NCBI GenBank assembly: GCA_004764695.1
Contig: SMSO01000025.1
Location: forward strand, 4,566,862-4,630,861
Direction: 5' to 3'
DNA: 64,000 nucleotides
Origin: Schizochytrium sp. TIO01
Lineage: Eukaryota; Protista; Bigyra: Labyrinthulomycetes
Made by a program: the position numbers and the translations under genes. Positions 11,663 through 21,915 of this stretch are shown piece by piece. Within the stretch, counting starts at the first letter, position 1, and the number at the start of each line of letters is the position of its first letter. The notes under the pieces were generated by a model. That model did no database searches, was not told the DNA's origin, and saw nothing but the letters and a program-made list of their open reading frames with translations.

Positions 11663-12129
11663 TTAGTTGTAATACAGTTCAATGGAAGAGCCGTCCGAAA
11701 GCTCGTAGAGATCAAGCGTGATATGGTCCTTAAAGACGGTGTTCCACTTCTGCAGGCGCAGTTTCTCCGGTCGAGTTCCGAGATGAGCTGCCGCCAGCTT
11801 CTTCAAGTCACCGATAGTGTCGTCTTCGTTACATTTCTGTGTAATAGGAGGAACCGTATCGGAATAGTCATGATTGTGCGGAAAGCCATATCAAAAATGC
11901 TAGGTTCGCACTGTTAGTCATTCAGTTTGATTTCAAAGGTCTTTGCATACACCCGCCATCACATCGTCTTCAGAGGAGGCATATGCCAAAAACAGGCTAT
12001 ACGTCCCAAGAGCGCTTCTTCTTCGCTGGCACCTGCGGCGGTCGCATCCTAGGTCACCTCATACACCATACCCTAACGTACCACGCGAACCTTCTTGCCA
12101 AGGCGATCATTCAGAATGATCTCAATCAT
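11663..12129 (-). CDS. UBL5: Ubiquitin-like protein 5 / Hub1, 73 aa; exons 12129-12082 and 11836-11663
   Basis: Spliced product [16 protein letters not shown]|[57 protein letters not shown]; phase-0 intron GTACGT...ACAG; canonical length and C-terminal YYx. Confidence 0.96.
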
Positions 12130-12446
12130 GTTCTTCTCAGCAGCCTTGCACAGCGCCACTCCACCGTCTCCAAACTCTGTCTCAGCAGAACGAACGCGAG
12201 AGTTTAGTTTTGCTATTTGCTCAATGATGAAAACTAGTTTTGCTTCAGATGTTCTTAAAGTTCTTAACATTCTAAAAAATTCAGATGTTCTGTTCTAGCT
12301 TCCTCTCGTTTTTTTGCTATGATTGATAAAGAATCTCATTCAATTGATCAATCGATCGTTGAAGAGACAACGCCGTGACTATTTCGTTGGCACACGAGGG
12401 TTCGTTGTGGACTCGGCGTGGAACGCTAGTTAAGGAAGAAGTGATT

Positions 12447-14053
12447 ATGCAGAGCCTCTTCATCTTAAGCGGCAATGGGTGAGTGAAACTTGTTTGCCTT
12501 TGCAGGTGGTCTTGAAGCCACCTAGTGGTGCATGCATGATTGCGTGGCAGCACTTGGCCTCGAACTTCGTATGCATGCCACATAAATTTTGCAGCAAGCT
12601 CTGGGGATTTAAGTTTAGTGAAGTATGCACGTTGTATTAAAACCAAACTGTTGTTTTATGATGCATGCATAGACGCTTGAACTTAGCGAATGAGTTGGAT
12701 TCAGTTCAGAATATCATATACTAACGAAGCCTCAAGTTGACTATTTACTTATGATGATAATTACTTCTCATTTACAGCGAGGTGCTTATCGAGAAGCACT
12801 GGCGCAAGGTAACGAGCCGAAACTTCGTGGACCTTTTTCTGCACGAGGTAACTCGATGTGGCGACCCTGCGGACGTGGTGCCGGTGATCTCCACGGCAAA
12901 CCTTTACCTGGTGAATGTGTATCGCTCAAAACTGTTCCTTCTTTGTGTTGTGGGTAATGAGCAGCCGCCTTTGCTGGTCATCGAATTTTTGCACCGCGTT
13001 ATGGACGTTTTTGAGGAGTACATTGGTCAGGTCGATGATGTGAGCATCAAGGAGAACTTTTCGACATTTTATCAGCTTCTTGAGGAGATGTGTGACAATG
13101 GTTTCCCGATGACAACCGAGGTAAACGCCCTCAAGGAACGAATCGCGCCGCCTTCCATCTCTAATCGCATTGTCGCTGCAGTATCTGGAAAGAGTGCTGT
13201 TGCAGATGAGTTGCCAATGGGCCCTCCTTCTCCAGTGCCTTGGCGGCGCCAGGGCGTGCACTACAATGTGAATTCGATTTATCTCGATTTTGTAGAAACT
13301 GTGGACTGCATTGTGGGTCGCAACGGTGCAATTGTTTCTTGTGAAGTCAATGGTGAGCTTTTGTGCAATAGTAAACTCTCTGGCGTGCCAGATATTTCCT
13401 TAAGCCTTGATGACCCATGGGTGCTTCAAGACTTTGCACTTCACCCGTGCGTACGTACCACGCGTTTTGAACAGGATCGCACTTTATCATTCATTCCGCC
13501 TGACGGAAACTTTACTCTCATGAAATATCGTGTGAGCCCAGACAGATTCTCTTCGTCGCATCACTCAGGTAGACGTTCTTATACAAATGTGCCACTGCCA
13601 CTTTACTGCAAGCCTCAGGTTACAAGCTCTAAGGAAGAAGGACGCATTGAGATCATGGTTGGTAGCAAACCAATGGCTCATTTGCTTGGTTCAAAGAAAG
13701 GTTCTGAAGTTGAAAAGATTACAATTATTATTCCGTTTCCTAAGACGGTGCGGTCGACCGATCTGAAGAGCTCGCATGGTAACGTTATGTGCGATGAGAC
13801 CACGAAAGAATGTCGTTGGGAAATTGGTAAACTCCCTAGGGACTCCAGCTGTAAACTGACGGGTGCCTTTACATTTACGGCAGGCGCACCTGCATTTGAC
13901 GAGACTTTGACTGTACAGGTTCAGTTTAGGCTGCCTGATTTTTCAATGTCGAAGGTCACTGTTGCAGACCTCCAACTATACCATGAGTCGTACAAGCCGT
14001 ACAAGTACGTTCGCAGCGTCCTAAAGGCGGACCGTATGGAGGTCCGTGCTTAA
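12447..14053 (+). CDS. AP3M: AP-3 complex subunit mu; exons 12447-12478 and 12778-14053
   Basis: Exon 1 MQSLFILSGNG joins EVLIEKHW via a GTGAGT...TACAG intron with TACTAAC branch site; PPLLVIEFLHRV, QLLEEMCDNGFPMTTE, VPWRR, LHPCVR, LSFIPPDGNFTLM, YKPYKYVR are mu3-type motifs. Confidence 0.93.
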
Positions 14054-14217
14054 GTATATGTGCGCACCTTGCAAGTAATTTAGATCGTAATACCAAAGAA
14101 TAGTACATCGATTTTGGACGACCTGAACTAGTCGAGAGATTGGAGGCTTGTTGCTATTAAAAAAGACATAATAAGGAATTCAAGCCAATATAAGCTGTCA
14201 CACTCAACAGGTTTTGA

Positions 14218-15336
14218 CTAAATTTCATTGCAGTCAACATACTCTCCTACTGGTCGGTTCATATCTCTTCGCACATGCTCATGAGGGAATCGACGACTGC
14301 ATCCGGGTTTGTCGCAGTAAGGTTCTTCTTCGTCCTCACTCTCGTTACCTTTGATTTTCTTTTGATGGCCGGTAAACGTGAGCTCAAGCCATTGAATTAG
14401 TGCGTTCACAGCATTACTCTCGCGCTCGAGTTGTCTGCGTAAGAGCGCCGCCAACGGTTCATACTTGCTACCAGAAAGTGCCAGCACGCAGGGAAAATCC
14501 TTTTCTTCCAAAGTGATGGTACCTACGATCGAAGCCGCCGCTGCACAGAGCGGATGACGTGTCGAAAACAAAGATGGGGACACAGAAGCAGCGATGAACT
14601 CGTTGTTTCCTTGCACACCTCTGAGCAGCGCATCACGCACGTTGCGCATAAGGGGCTCATTTTCATTCTTGGATGACTCGAGCAGTAGGAACCGAACCTT
14701 GGGCTCCGGCAAGTCCGCTCGGCCACCTCCTTGCAGCCATGCGGCGAGGCTGTTCTCTAAACTTAATATAGTAATCGATTTAGCTTGTTGTGCCTGACAT
14801 TCCGCAATCCTTGCTTGTGCAAACTTCTGCAGAAAGTCTTCGTCTTCCATCTCCGCCAGAAACTCGTCGAGCTCTGCATCCGAGTCATCGGCCGCGTCCT
14901 CAGAATCGTCCTCATTGCTGCTCTCTCGCACGTGTTCGCACATCTCTCCGCAGTGAGCACCATGTTCACGTTGTGCAAAAAGCCACGATTTGACAGATTT
15001 AGGATGATCTTCAGAGTTCAAGACCACAACCTTTTGGGCTTCACGTTCAGCCCTCGCCACTGGGTCAACCCTTCTTAAGGTTTTCCGAAGTTCGTTCCAT
15101 TTGCGGCGATCTTCTAGCTCCTTGATGCAGCACTGCTCCAAGCCCGGGTCTACCACGCCCTCGGCTTCCTCGATGAAGACGTTTCCGGAGCTGTGTTCAT
15201 GCTCGCAAGCGCCATGATCGTGACCATGGCCATGACCATGGCTGTGCTCACGGCCCGGTCCATAGAGCCGAGAGTTCAGGTCCTGCTGCTCGCGTTGCAG
15301 TCCCGATAGAGACACGCCTCCAGCTGCGCTACTCAT
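14218..15336 (-). CDS. Hypothetical His/Cys-rich protein with a phosducin-like acidic helix and possible degenerate thioredoxin fold, 372 aa
   Basis: Intact 372-codon ORF with coding-like composition; DAELDEFLAEMEDEDFLQKFAQARIAE resembles the phosducin-like helix; His-rich N-terminus and C-terminal CDKPGCSRRFPHEH; function is inference. Confidence 0.75.
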   Translation of the reverse strand: MSSAAGGVSLSGLQREQQDLNSRLYGPGREHSHGHGHGHDHGACEHEHSSGNVFIEEAEGVVDPGLEQCCIKELEDRRKWNELRKTLRRVDPVARAEREAQKVVVLNSEDHPKSVKSWLFAQREHGAHCGEMCEHVRESSNEDDSEDAADDSDAELDEFLAEMEDEDFLQKFAQARIAECQAQQAKSITILSLENSLAAWLQGGGRADLPEPKVRFLLLESSKNENEPLMRNVRDALLRGVQGNNEFIAASVSPSLFSTRHPLCAAAASIVGTITLEEKDFPCVLALSGSKYEPLAALLRRQLERESNAVNALIQWLELTFTGHQKKIKGNESEDEEEPYCDKPGCSRRFPHEHVRRDMNRPVGEYVDCNEI

Positions 15337-16172
15337 GGTAGAGAATGAAGAAGAGGCTGTCGTGAGGCGAGTTTCTTACTTCGGGATTTGCTTCAGAGCT
15401 TTCGTGTTTTATTTTTCCCTATTTACCCTTCAGTCTTTATGGGTCAGAAATCCTCATTTTTAGACTTGCCGAGAAAACAAACTGTTCCAGTTTAGGCAAC
15501 ATTATATCATGGTGGTCTAGAAGTGCACCTCTTGGGATTTTCTCGTGAATTAGAGACACGATCAAATGTAACGTTAAATTCTTTAAAGCCATAAATTTTG
15601 CCTTACGTGTTGCTGCTGGCAGTTTTAATACCAGGTGCACGACCTGCATCCTCAAAATAGTTTTGACGGAGTTGCATCAGTAAAATACACGAAGCGCTTA
15701 GCCATGAAGAATGTTCTGTTTGGTGATGCGATAGGCGTTGAGGATCATAGAAATGTAGTTGCCTTGATCGGCATAATTGTCTCGTGTTCCCCGAGGTCAA
15801 GTATGCATTTTCCCCCCATTACAATTTCATAATTTTAATATACCACAGAGTTGTATTTTTCAGTTAAGTAGTTTCTGCAACCAGAACACTGGCTCATAAA
15901 TACGTAGACGTCTTTCGTTTTTTAGATGTGCTTAGTAGCACTTTATGAATTTCGTCACCAATCTCATCAATTTTGCGAAGAATTCTCAACATGGCCCTTT
16001 CCAACTCGCAAGTCCTTCTAAAGATATCAGTTCCATTCTTGACCTTGTATATTGGCTTCATTCAGGCACACAAGCTGCATCATTTGTCATGTCAAATTTT
16101 GATAATCGTTTGGATTCTTGATGTTTTGTCCTTGTGTTTAGGTAGGTTTGTGAGTGGTTCCTGAGGCATCTT

Positions 16173-16244
16173 GGGCGCTTAGCTCAGTGGCAGAGTGTCT
16201 GCTTCGCATGCAGAATGTCCAGGGTTCAATTCCCTGAGTGTCCA
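16173..16244 (+). tRNA. tRNA-Ala (anticodon CGC)
   Basis: Acceptor GGGCGCT/AGTGTCC with G3:U70 alanine identity pair; D arm GCTC/GAGT; anticodon arm TCTGC-TTCGCAT-GCAGA; T arm CAGGG-TTCAATT-CCCTG; followed by T-runs (Pol III terminator). Confidence 0.96.
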
Positions 16245-18511
16245 TTTATTTTTTAGTTATTATTAGATGGGTATCTTTTTTCTTTTAATCGCTTAGCTTG
16301 GATAAAACCTCTAGCCAAAACTATCACTCCTTGTGTTTGTTGGTGTTCTTCAAATAAAATGAAGGGAGTTGGTGTTGACTGATCCCAACCCAGTTATACA
16401 GAGACCAGCAGGCTATTACCTATCTTATTCTACTGTTTTGCGCAATAGCAATCTGATCACACCAGTTGTCTTTGAAGGTGAAGATTATCTCGGAATTTAC
16501 CGTTTCGAACAATGCTAAGTTTACGTCAAGCTAATTTTTCCTCCAGCAGTTTAGGGAGTCGGATTTCAATTTAGACTCAAGCTTCTCGATGATGTGCACA
16601 GTTGTCACAACTATGGAAGTCATTTTATTGTGAATTATATAAAGAACCACCAAGACATCTCACCTTGAAAACGAAGCAACGGGCTCGTTTCTCTTATTTT
16701 CCGTATCACACCATGACACTTGGTGTGAGACATCAAGTAACCCAACGGAGGCCCTGTTCTTGGAGCCTCTGAAGACCGAATTTATTTGCTATCATCGATT
16801 TAAAGTTATTCTGATCTTACAGACTACTTTTAATCACATCTAATATCCCAAATGAGCTTCTACAATTTGGGAAGCAAGACCTCGTCCACTACAACACTTA
16901 AAAATCCAGCCACCACTTTATCGAACCAAGTTTCCGCTTCGGACTCAGAGTATCGAAGCGCCTACCTTTCAATGAATTATGCAGTTACTATTTATGCCCT
17001 CTGCAATGTACCTCACCATTGTTTGGCCAGTGAGTAATCTTGAAGACTTAAAACCTCAGGGCTTGTCGTTTGATGAGACCAACGGCAACCCAACCATCAC
17101 TATTTATGCTGTCCCATAGCCTTTCCGCTTCCTGAAGACTCACACGAAAGACTTGCAATAATCGTGAGTAAGTCGTTCTTCACTGACAACTAACTTGTGG
17201 TTGCCGGCTCCATCAATTCTGTGGGTTGCTTTCTATGCTGAGGTAGGTAGATGATACCTACTACCTGCACTTCTATTGCTTTTGTTTTTTCTACTCAGTC
17301 TTCTTCTTCTAGCCATCCTATTAAAGTTGCTACAAAAATTGCTAATAAAATAGAATTAAATAAAACGTATTGGAATAAAACGCTTTCTCTTGCTTTTCTA
17401 TTTTTTTTTTTTAATTAAACATTAATTATAGGAACCCTAAAGAGCGACGATCAGCGCTTCTCTCAATAACACTCTTTAAATTTCAGATTAATTCATTTTT
17501 ATTTCCTTTTAATTTTGATATAATTAATATTAAAAGCCTCTTTGTTCGCGTTGAAAATGACCCACGAAATAAACGAACCTCTTCTTATTTCAATGTTACC
17601 AATAAGAGGTATTTTATTTAAATGCTTTCAATCGTTACATTTTAATTGGGGTCATGACTAGTTAAAATTAATCGTACTACGCAGGCATCATCCAGATTAT
17701 TCCAAAGCAGACTAGAGCTTCTGGCGAGAATTTTGAGATTGTTTTTTTTTTTTTTTCAATATCAATTGATCTTAGTGTGACGATCGACTTTTGAAGTTTA
17801 GAATTAAGCACAACAGGGCGGATCCATCTCTTGAAACAGTTTAACTTCATGTTTTAGTAGTTTCACTTCATGGCAGAGTCGGTACTTTAGCCATCATCAT
17901 CATAAACAAGGGGATACAGAAAAACATTCATTGACTACAATATTGCTTACTCAGTAAATCCCAGAGCTCCTTCAGAAGATATAGCAGAGCAACATGACGT
18001 ATGACCACGGCTTGATCAGTAAATCACACAGAAAATCAAGATTCTTTGCGAGACCGTTTGACTCTGCCGAGGATTACAGTGTTAAACGAGAGATTACCAT
18101 ATCATCATGCTAGTTTAACTTTGAAAATTGAGAATGATCATTATCATCATGAACCAAGCCAGATTCTTTAGTTTTATGATATCTGTGGGTAAAATGGCTT
18201 CACCAAGAGTGAGTGTGTGAGCGGGTGAGCGGGTGAGCGGGTGAGCGAGTGAGTAAGCGTGTGTGGCTCGATCGGATGAGGCCTCAGAACTTCAAATACA
18301 ACCTTAAGTGCCGCCAAAGTACTTCTTTGCTTTGCTGTGAAGAACATACTTAACTAGGAAACCTATAGCTCTGTCAACTCCAACCAAGTTGAAGGCTTGC
18401 AACGCCAATTGGTTCTCTTTTTCATCTGTCTTTTATTATGATTATTTATTTTAATTTTTTAAATTTATTTTTTTATAGGGCTGTATATACATATGTATAT
18501 TAGCTATCAAT

Positions 18512-18570
18512 CTGTTTCTGTTTCTGTTTCTGTTTATGTTTCTGTTTCTGTTTATGTTTCTGTTTCTGTT
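18512..18570. repeat. (TTTCTG/TTTATG)n hexamer microsatellite
   Basis: Read directly from the sequence. Confidence 0.85.
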
Positions 18571-18899
18571 TTTTTGTTTTTTTTGGTCAAAAAAGCTATT
18601 TAATTTAAATACTATTATAAATCACCAGTGGCTAGCTACTCCTGCTCTCAACCTATCCTCCAAATCCTCCCGCACGATTGTAGAAATAAGCTGACTCACT
18701 CAACCACCTCCAATTTTGTTTCTACAATACTATGCACAAAAAACTAAAAGAAATTTGAGTTGCTCTATTTCTTTGTATTTCTTTTTCCAAAGCCTCTGCC
18801 TACTACTCTAGCTAGAGGCGTGTCCAACGTGCACGCGCTGCACGCGTTACAAAGCACGAGAGTTCAAAGAGCAAGAACCTCAGTGGCAAAAGAAAATCA

Positions 18900-20620
18900 C
18901 TGAGCTCAAGTCATTTACTCTTCACTCCCAAAGACATGGGAGATAACAGCTAGAAGAGGTTCCTCGGTTCCCGTCGTCTTAATCGTGAATGTGGAGTGTT
19001 TGCTTATTCAGGTTGGCCCGGGTGACTCTTTAGGGATCAAGTCCACTTGATCGGAGCAACAAATCAAAGGATCACGATGATGATGGTGGAACTCTTCGAC
19101 GGCTTAAGTGACTTGGAGCGCTTAGAGTAGTTGATGAGGGCCGGCCATCCATTTACTCAGCCAGAGTCGGTTCCCACGATCCTGCCAACTCGCAACCATT
19201 CTTCGAAAATTATTGGAAATAGCAAGCCACAACTGCGTCTAAGCCTCCTAGAAGGAGGTTTCTATTTCCTCCTAGCTCAGATCCACGAGCGTTCGCAAGC
19301 GCTCATGCTTGCACAGTTTGCTAGTGGCCAGGTGCTGAGCTAAGGCCCTTTCTGCGTGGTCAACTCGGCAAACCTGGACTTTGAGAGCAGTCAGCAGTCG
19401 CTATAACTTGTTTCGCCAAACTGCCTGTCTGCGATCTTGAAAGTTGGCTTTGCGTTGTTATTTGCTAGTATTTTAGAAGCGGCGCGTGGCCAGAATCTGA
19501 GAACCGCTAGGCAAGCCACGCACGCCACATCTGGAGGAGTGAATGGTGAATGGTGGCTTTAATACACGTTGAATGGCAAGGGCGGTACTGGCAGGCCATG
19601 GCCATCGCGGCCTCCACAGTGACCATGTATGAAGAAGAAAATTTCGACAAATTGTCAATCTTTCGTAATATCATCATAAAGGATCATCCAAATGCAATCT
19701 TTGATCGCCATCTGCACGTGCAGCATGAGAGTATGCATCCCAATGATAAATATCCTTGTGCAATTCGTACAGCACCATCATTTTTTGGCCAAGACGCCAT
19801 TTTCGTGTCCTGTTCGGGTAGACTTCGAAAGCTACTTCTTGAAGTTCAACAAGCTTGAAGTTCAACAAGCTTGAAGTTCAACAAGCTTGAAGTTCAACAA
19901 GCTTGAAGTTCAACAAGCTTGAAGTTCAAGGTTGCTTCTGCCTTGGCCTGCAGGACCGCATTACCAGCGGCGCTGGACTCGCTGACTTTCTTCTAGGGTG
20001 CTAGTATTTGCATTTCTACCTACATATTCAGTCAAAGCCCAACTGCAGCTCGAAAGTGATCACTCCCGATTTCAACACTTACTAGCAGAGAACTCATCAT
20101 TGGATTAGTTTTCAGCAGTTTGCAGAGGTCTTCAAGTTCTCTAGCTAGAGATTTGCTCATCCTGCCACAACTTGGAAAACTCGAATATTGCACGGTGCAT
20201 TACGAACAGCTTTACGACAGCGATTTCATTTCCATGGATAGGCAACTTGACAACTCGAATACAAACCTCTTTTCCGAATTCATGGCATGAGATCTGGCAA
20301 CGAACTGTGAGAACCGGAAGAGCACTTGGGCGTCGGCCATCTCTCGCTTCCTGCACGCTGGCCATTTTTTCCATGAGCTTGAGCTAGAAAGCCTCCTCTG
20401 GCCGAAGATTCGGTGTGTTTCAAGTGGCAAAGAGGCTGTGCACTGGCCCAAGCTTGTTCGCATGATGTCATCGTCATGATGTCTCCGCAAGTTCGCATAG
20501 CTTGTAGCAGTCCATCTTTGAGATGCCCAAGCTCGACTTGTGCAGATCGCCGTAGCTAGCGCACCTTCTAATAATGCTATTAGCCTTCCTATAAAAATTT
20601 CCTCTGCCGTGCACACCCTG
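18900..20620 (-). pseudogene. Decayed coding relic of unknown family, with multiple stops and frameshifts
   Basis: Protein-like fragments in shifting frames, e.g. ARELEDLCKLLKTNPMMSSLL, QAKAEATLNFKLVELQEVAFEVYPNR, VDHAERALAQHLATSKLCKHERLRTLVDL; boundaries approximate. Confidence 0.4.
19838..19929. repeat. Perfect 16-bp tandem repeat CTTGAAGTTCAACAAG x5.75
   Basis: Five exact units plus 12 nt of a sixth. Confidence 0.95.
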
Positions 20621-21248
20621 CTTTAAATTATAATTGAACAGTGTTCTTCTTTTTAATAAAAAGGTATTACTAGTTCTTTAAAACACTTTTGAAGACACCT
20701 CTTCTTTGAGTAAGTTTCGTTTCCTTGCGAGCTGTGGAAATGCAGAAGGGACCGTGGACTATAGACTATGGACTATGGACCGTGCCTGTCTGGAAAAGGG
20801 TGCTATTAGGTAGCAGTTCACTGGCAGCTTCACTCTCACAAAAGAGCTTGGACACTGCGGTTCTCTTGTGTCTTATTTTCTTTTTTTTTGCAATGACTTT
20901 CGCAAGCAATGCTTCTCCTTTTCTTTTGCTAACTTAAAATTTTATTTAATTAAGAAAGGGAATTGGAATTAAAACTTCCCTCCTTCGGCATTTCTCCTCT
21001 CACAAGAAATTCCAGCGTGAACACTTTCCTACAAAGCCCCCCATTTGCGCTCCAGACCTGCAACACCTTAGAACAAAATATATACACATTGGGGTATATT
21101 AAAACACTTGCCAAGAAAGTAACTATAGGGGCACGACGGTGACCAGGGTACTAATAAAAGGTAGTGCACGTGCCTACAATATTCTTTCCCAGCCAGTTTA
21201 GGCAAACTACTCAGGTAGGTAGGTACCTGACGTGACCTTGTGAAGGCA

Positions 21249-21915
21249 TGATGGATGCTCTTAGAGCGTCCGCAGGCCCAAGCATCAACGACATGTTCAG
21301 GTTTTAAAGAAGCAAGGCTTGGAGAGTGAAGAACTTGAGAACAATCTCCTTTATTTTCGGTTTCCTGGATCCTCCTTATTCGAAGAAACTGCGATTCCTA
21401 AACAAAACAAATCAAACACGCAAAGCAGTTCGGCGATGCCATTATTTACTATTAACGTATATTTATGTACAGCCCAGGCCCCAAGTTCAAGTAAGTTGCT
21501 TGCATCAGATAAACCGTTCAAGGCAGCGTTCATAATCATCTCCAACATCTCCTACGGATCTTCTCTGCTGGCCAATCTTTTTGGAGATCATGAGACCATG
21601 AATCGATGGCGCCTCTTTGTTCTGAACAAAGCACCGGCGGCAAGTTCGGAGGAGGCTGCAAGAGATCGAGCCGTCGGACGGTACTTGAGGGGTCGATAGT
21701 CGGCAGGTCGCTCTGCTATGCAAGACGTCATGGCAGGCCTCGTGCTCGGCCGCCAAGCTTTTATTGAAGCATGCGAGGACCTCGCTCGAGCGAGAGGTCT
21801 CGTTTCTGTCGCATCAGGAAATGTGATGCAAGTACTACTCTCATTTAGTGTGTCAATGATTTTCTTTACATTTTTATTTTATTTTGAAGCTAATTTTTTT
21901 TTTTTATGTAAGTAA
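21249..21915 (+). pseudogene. Possible decayed gene: ORFs 21319-21699 and 21718-21915 lie in one frame separated by a single TAG
   Basis: Same-frame continuation ...GRYLRGR*SAGRSAMQDVMAGLVLGRQAFIEACEDLARARG; no family recognised. Confidence 0.3.

Noticed and set aside
11920-11975. C/D-box snoRNA in the UBL5 intron
   Set aside because: Imperfect C box, too short, no terminal stem or recognisable rRNA guide
12073-12270. 65-aa ORF as a standalone gene
   Set aside because: Only its last part is real: exon 1 of UBL5
19838-19929. CRISPR-like array or heat-shock element
   Set aside because: No spacers and a eukaryotic context; GAA-G-TTC spacing does not match nGAAnnTTCn; restoring frame with extra units would include a TGA, so not a phase-variation switch
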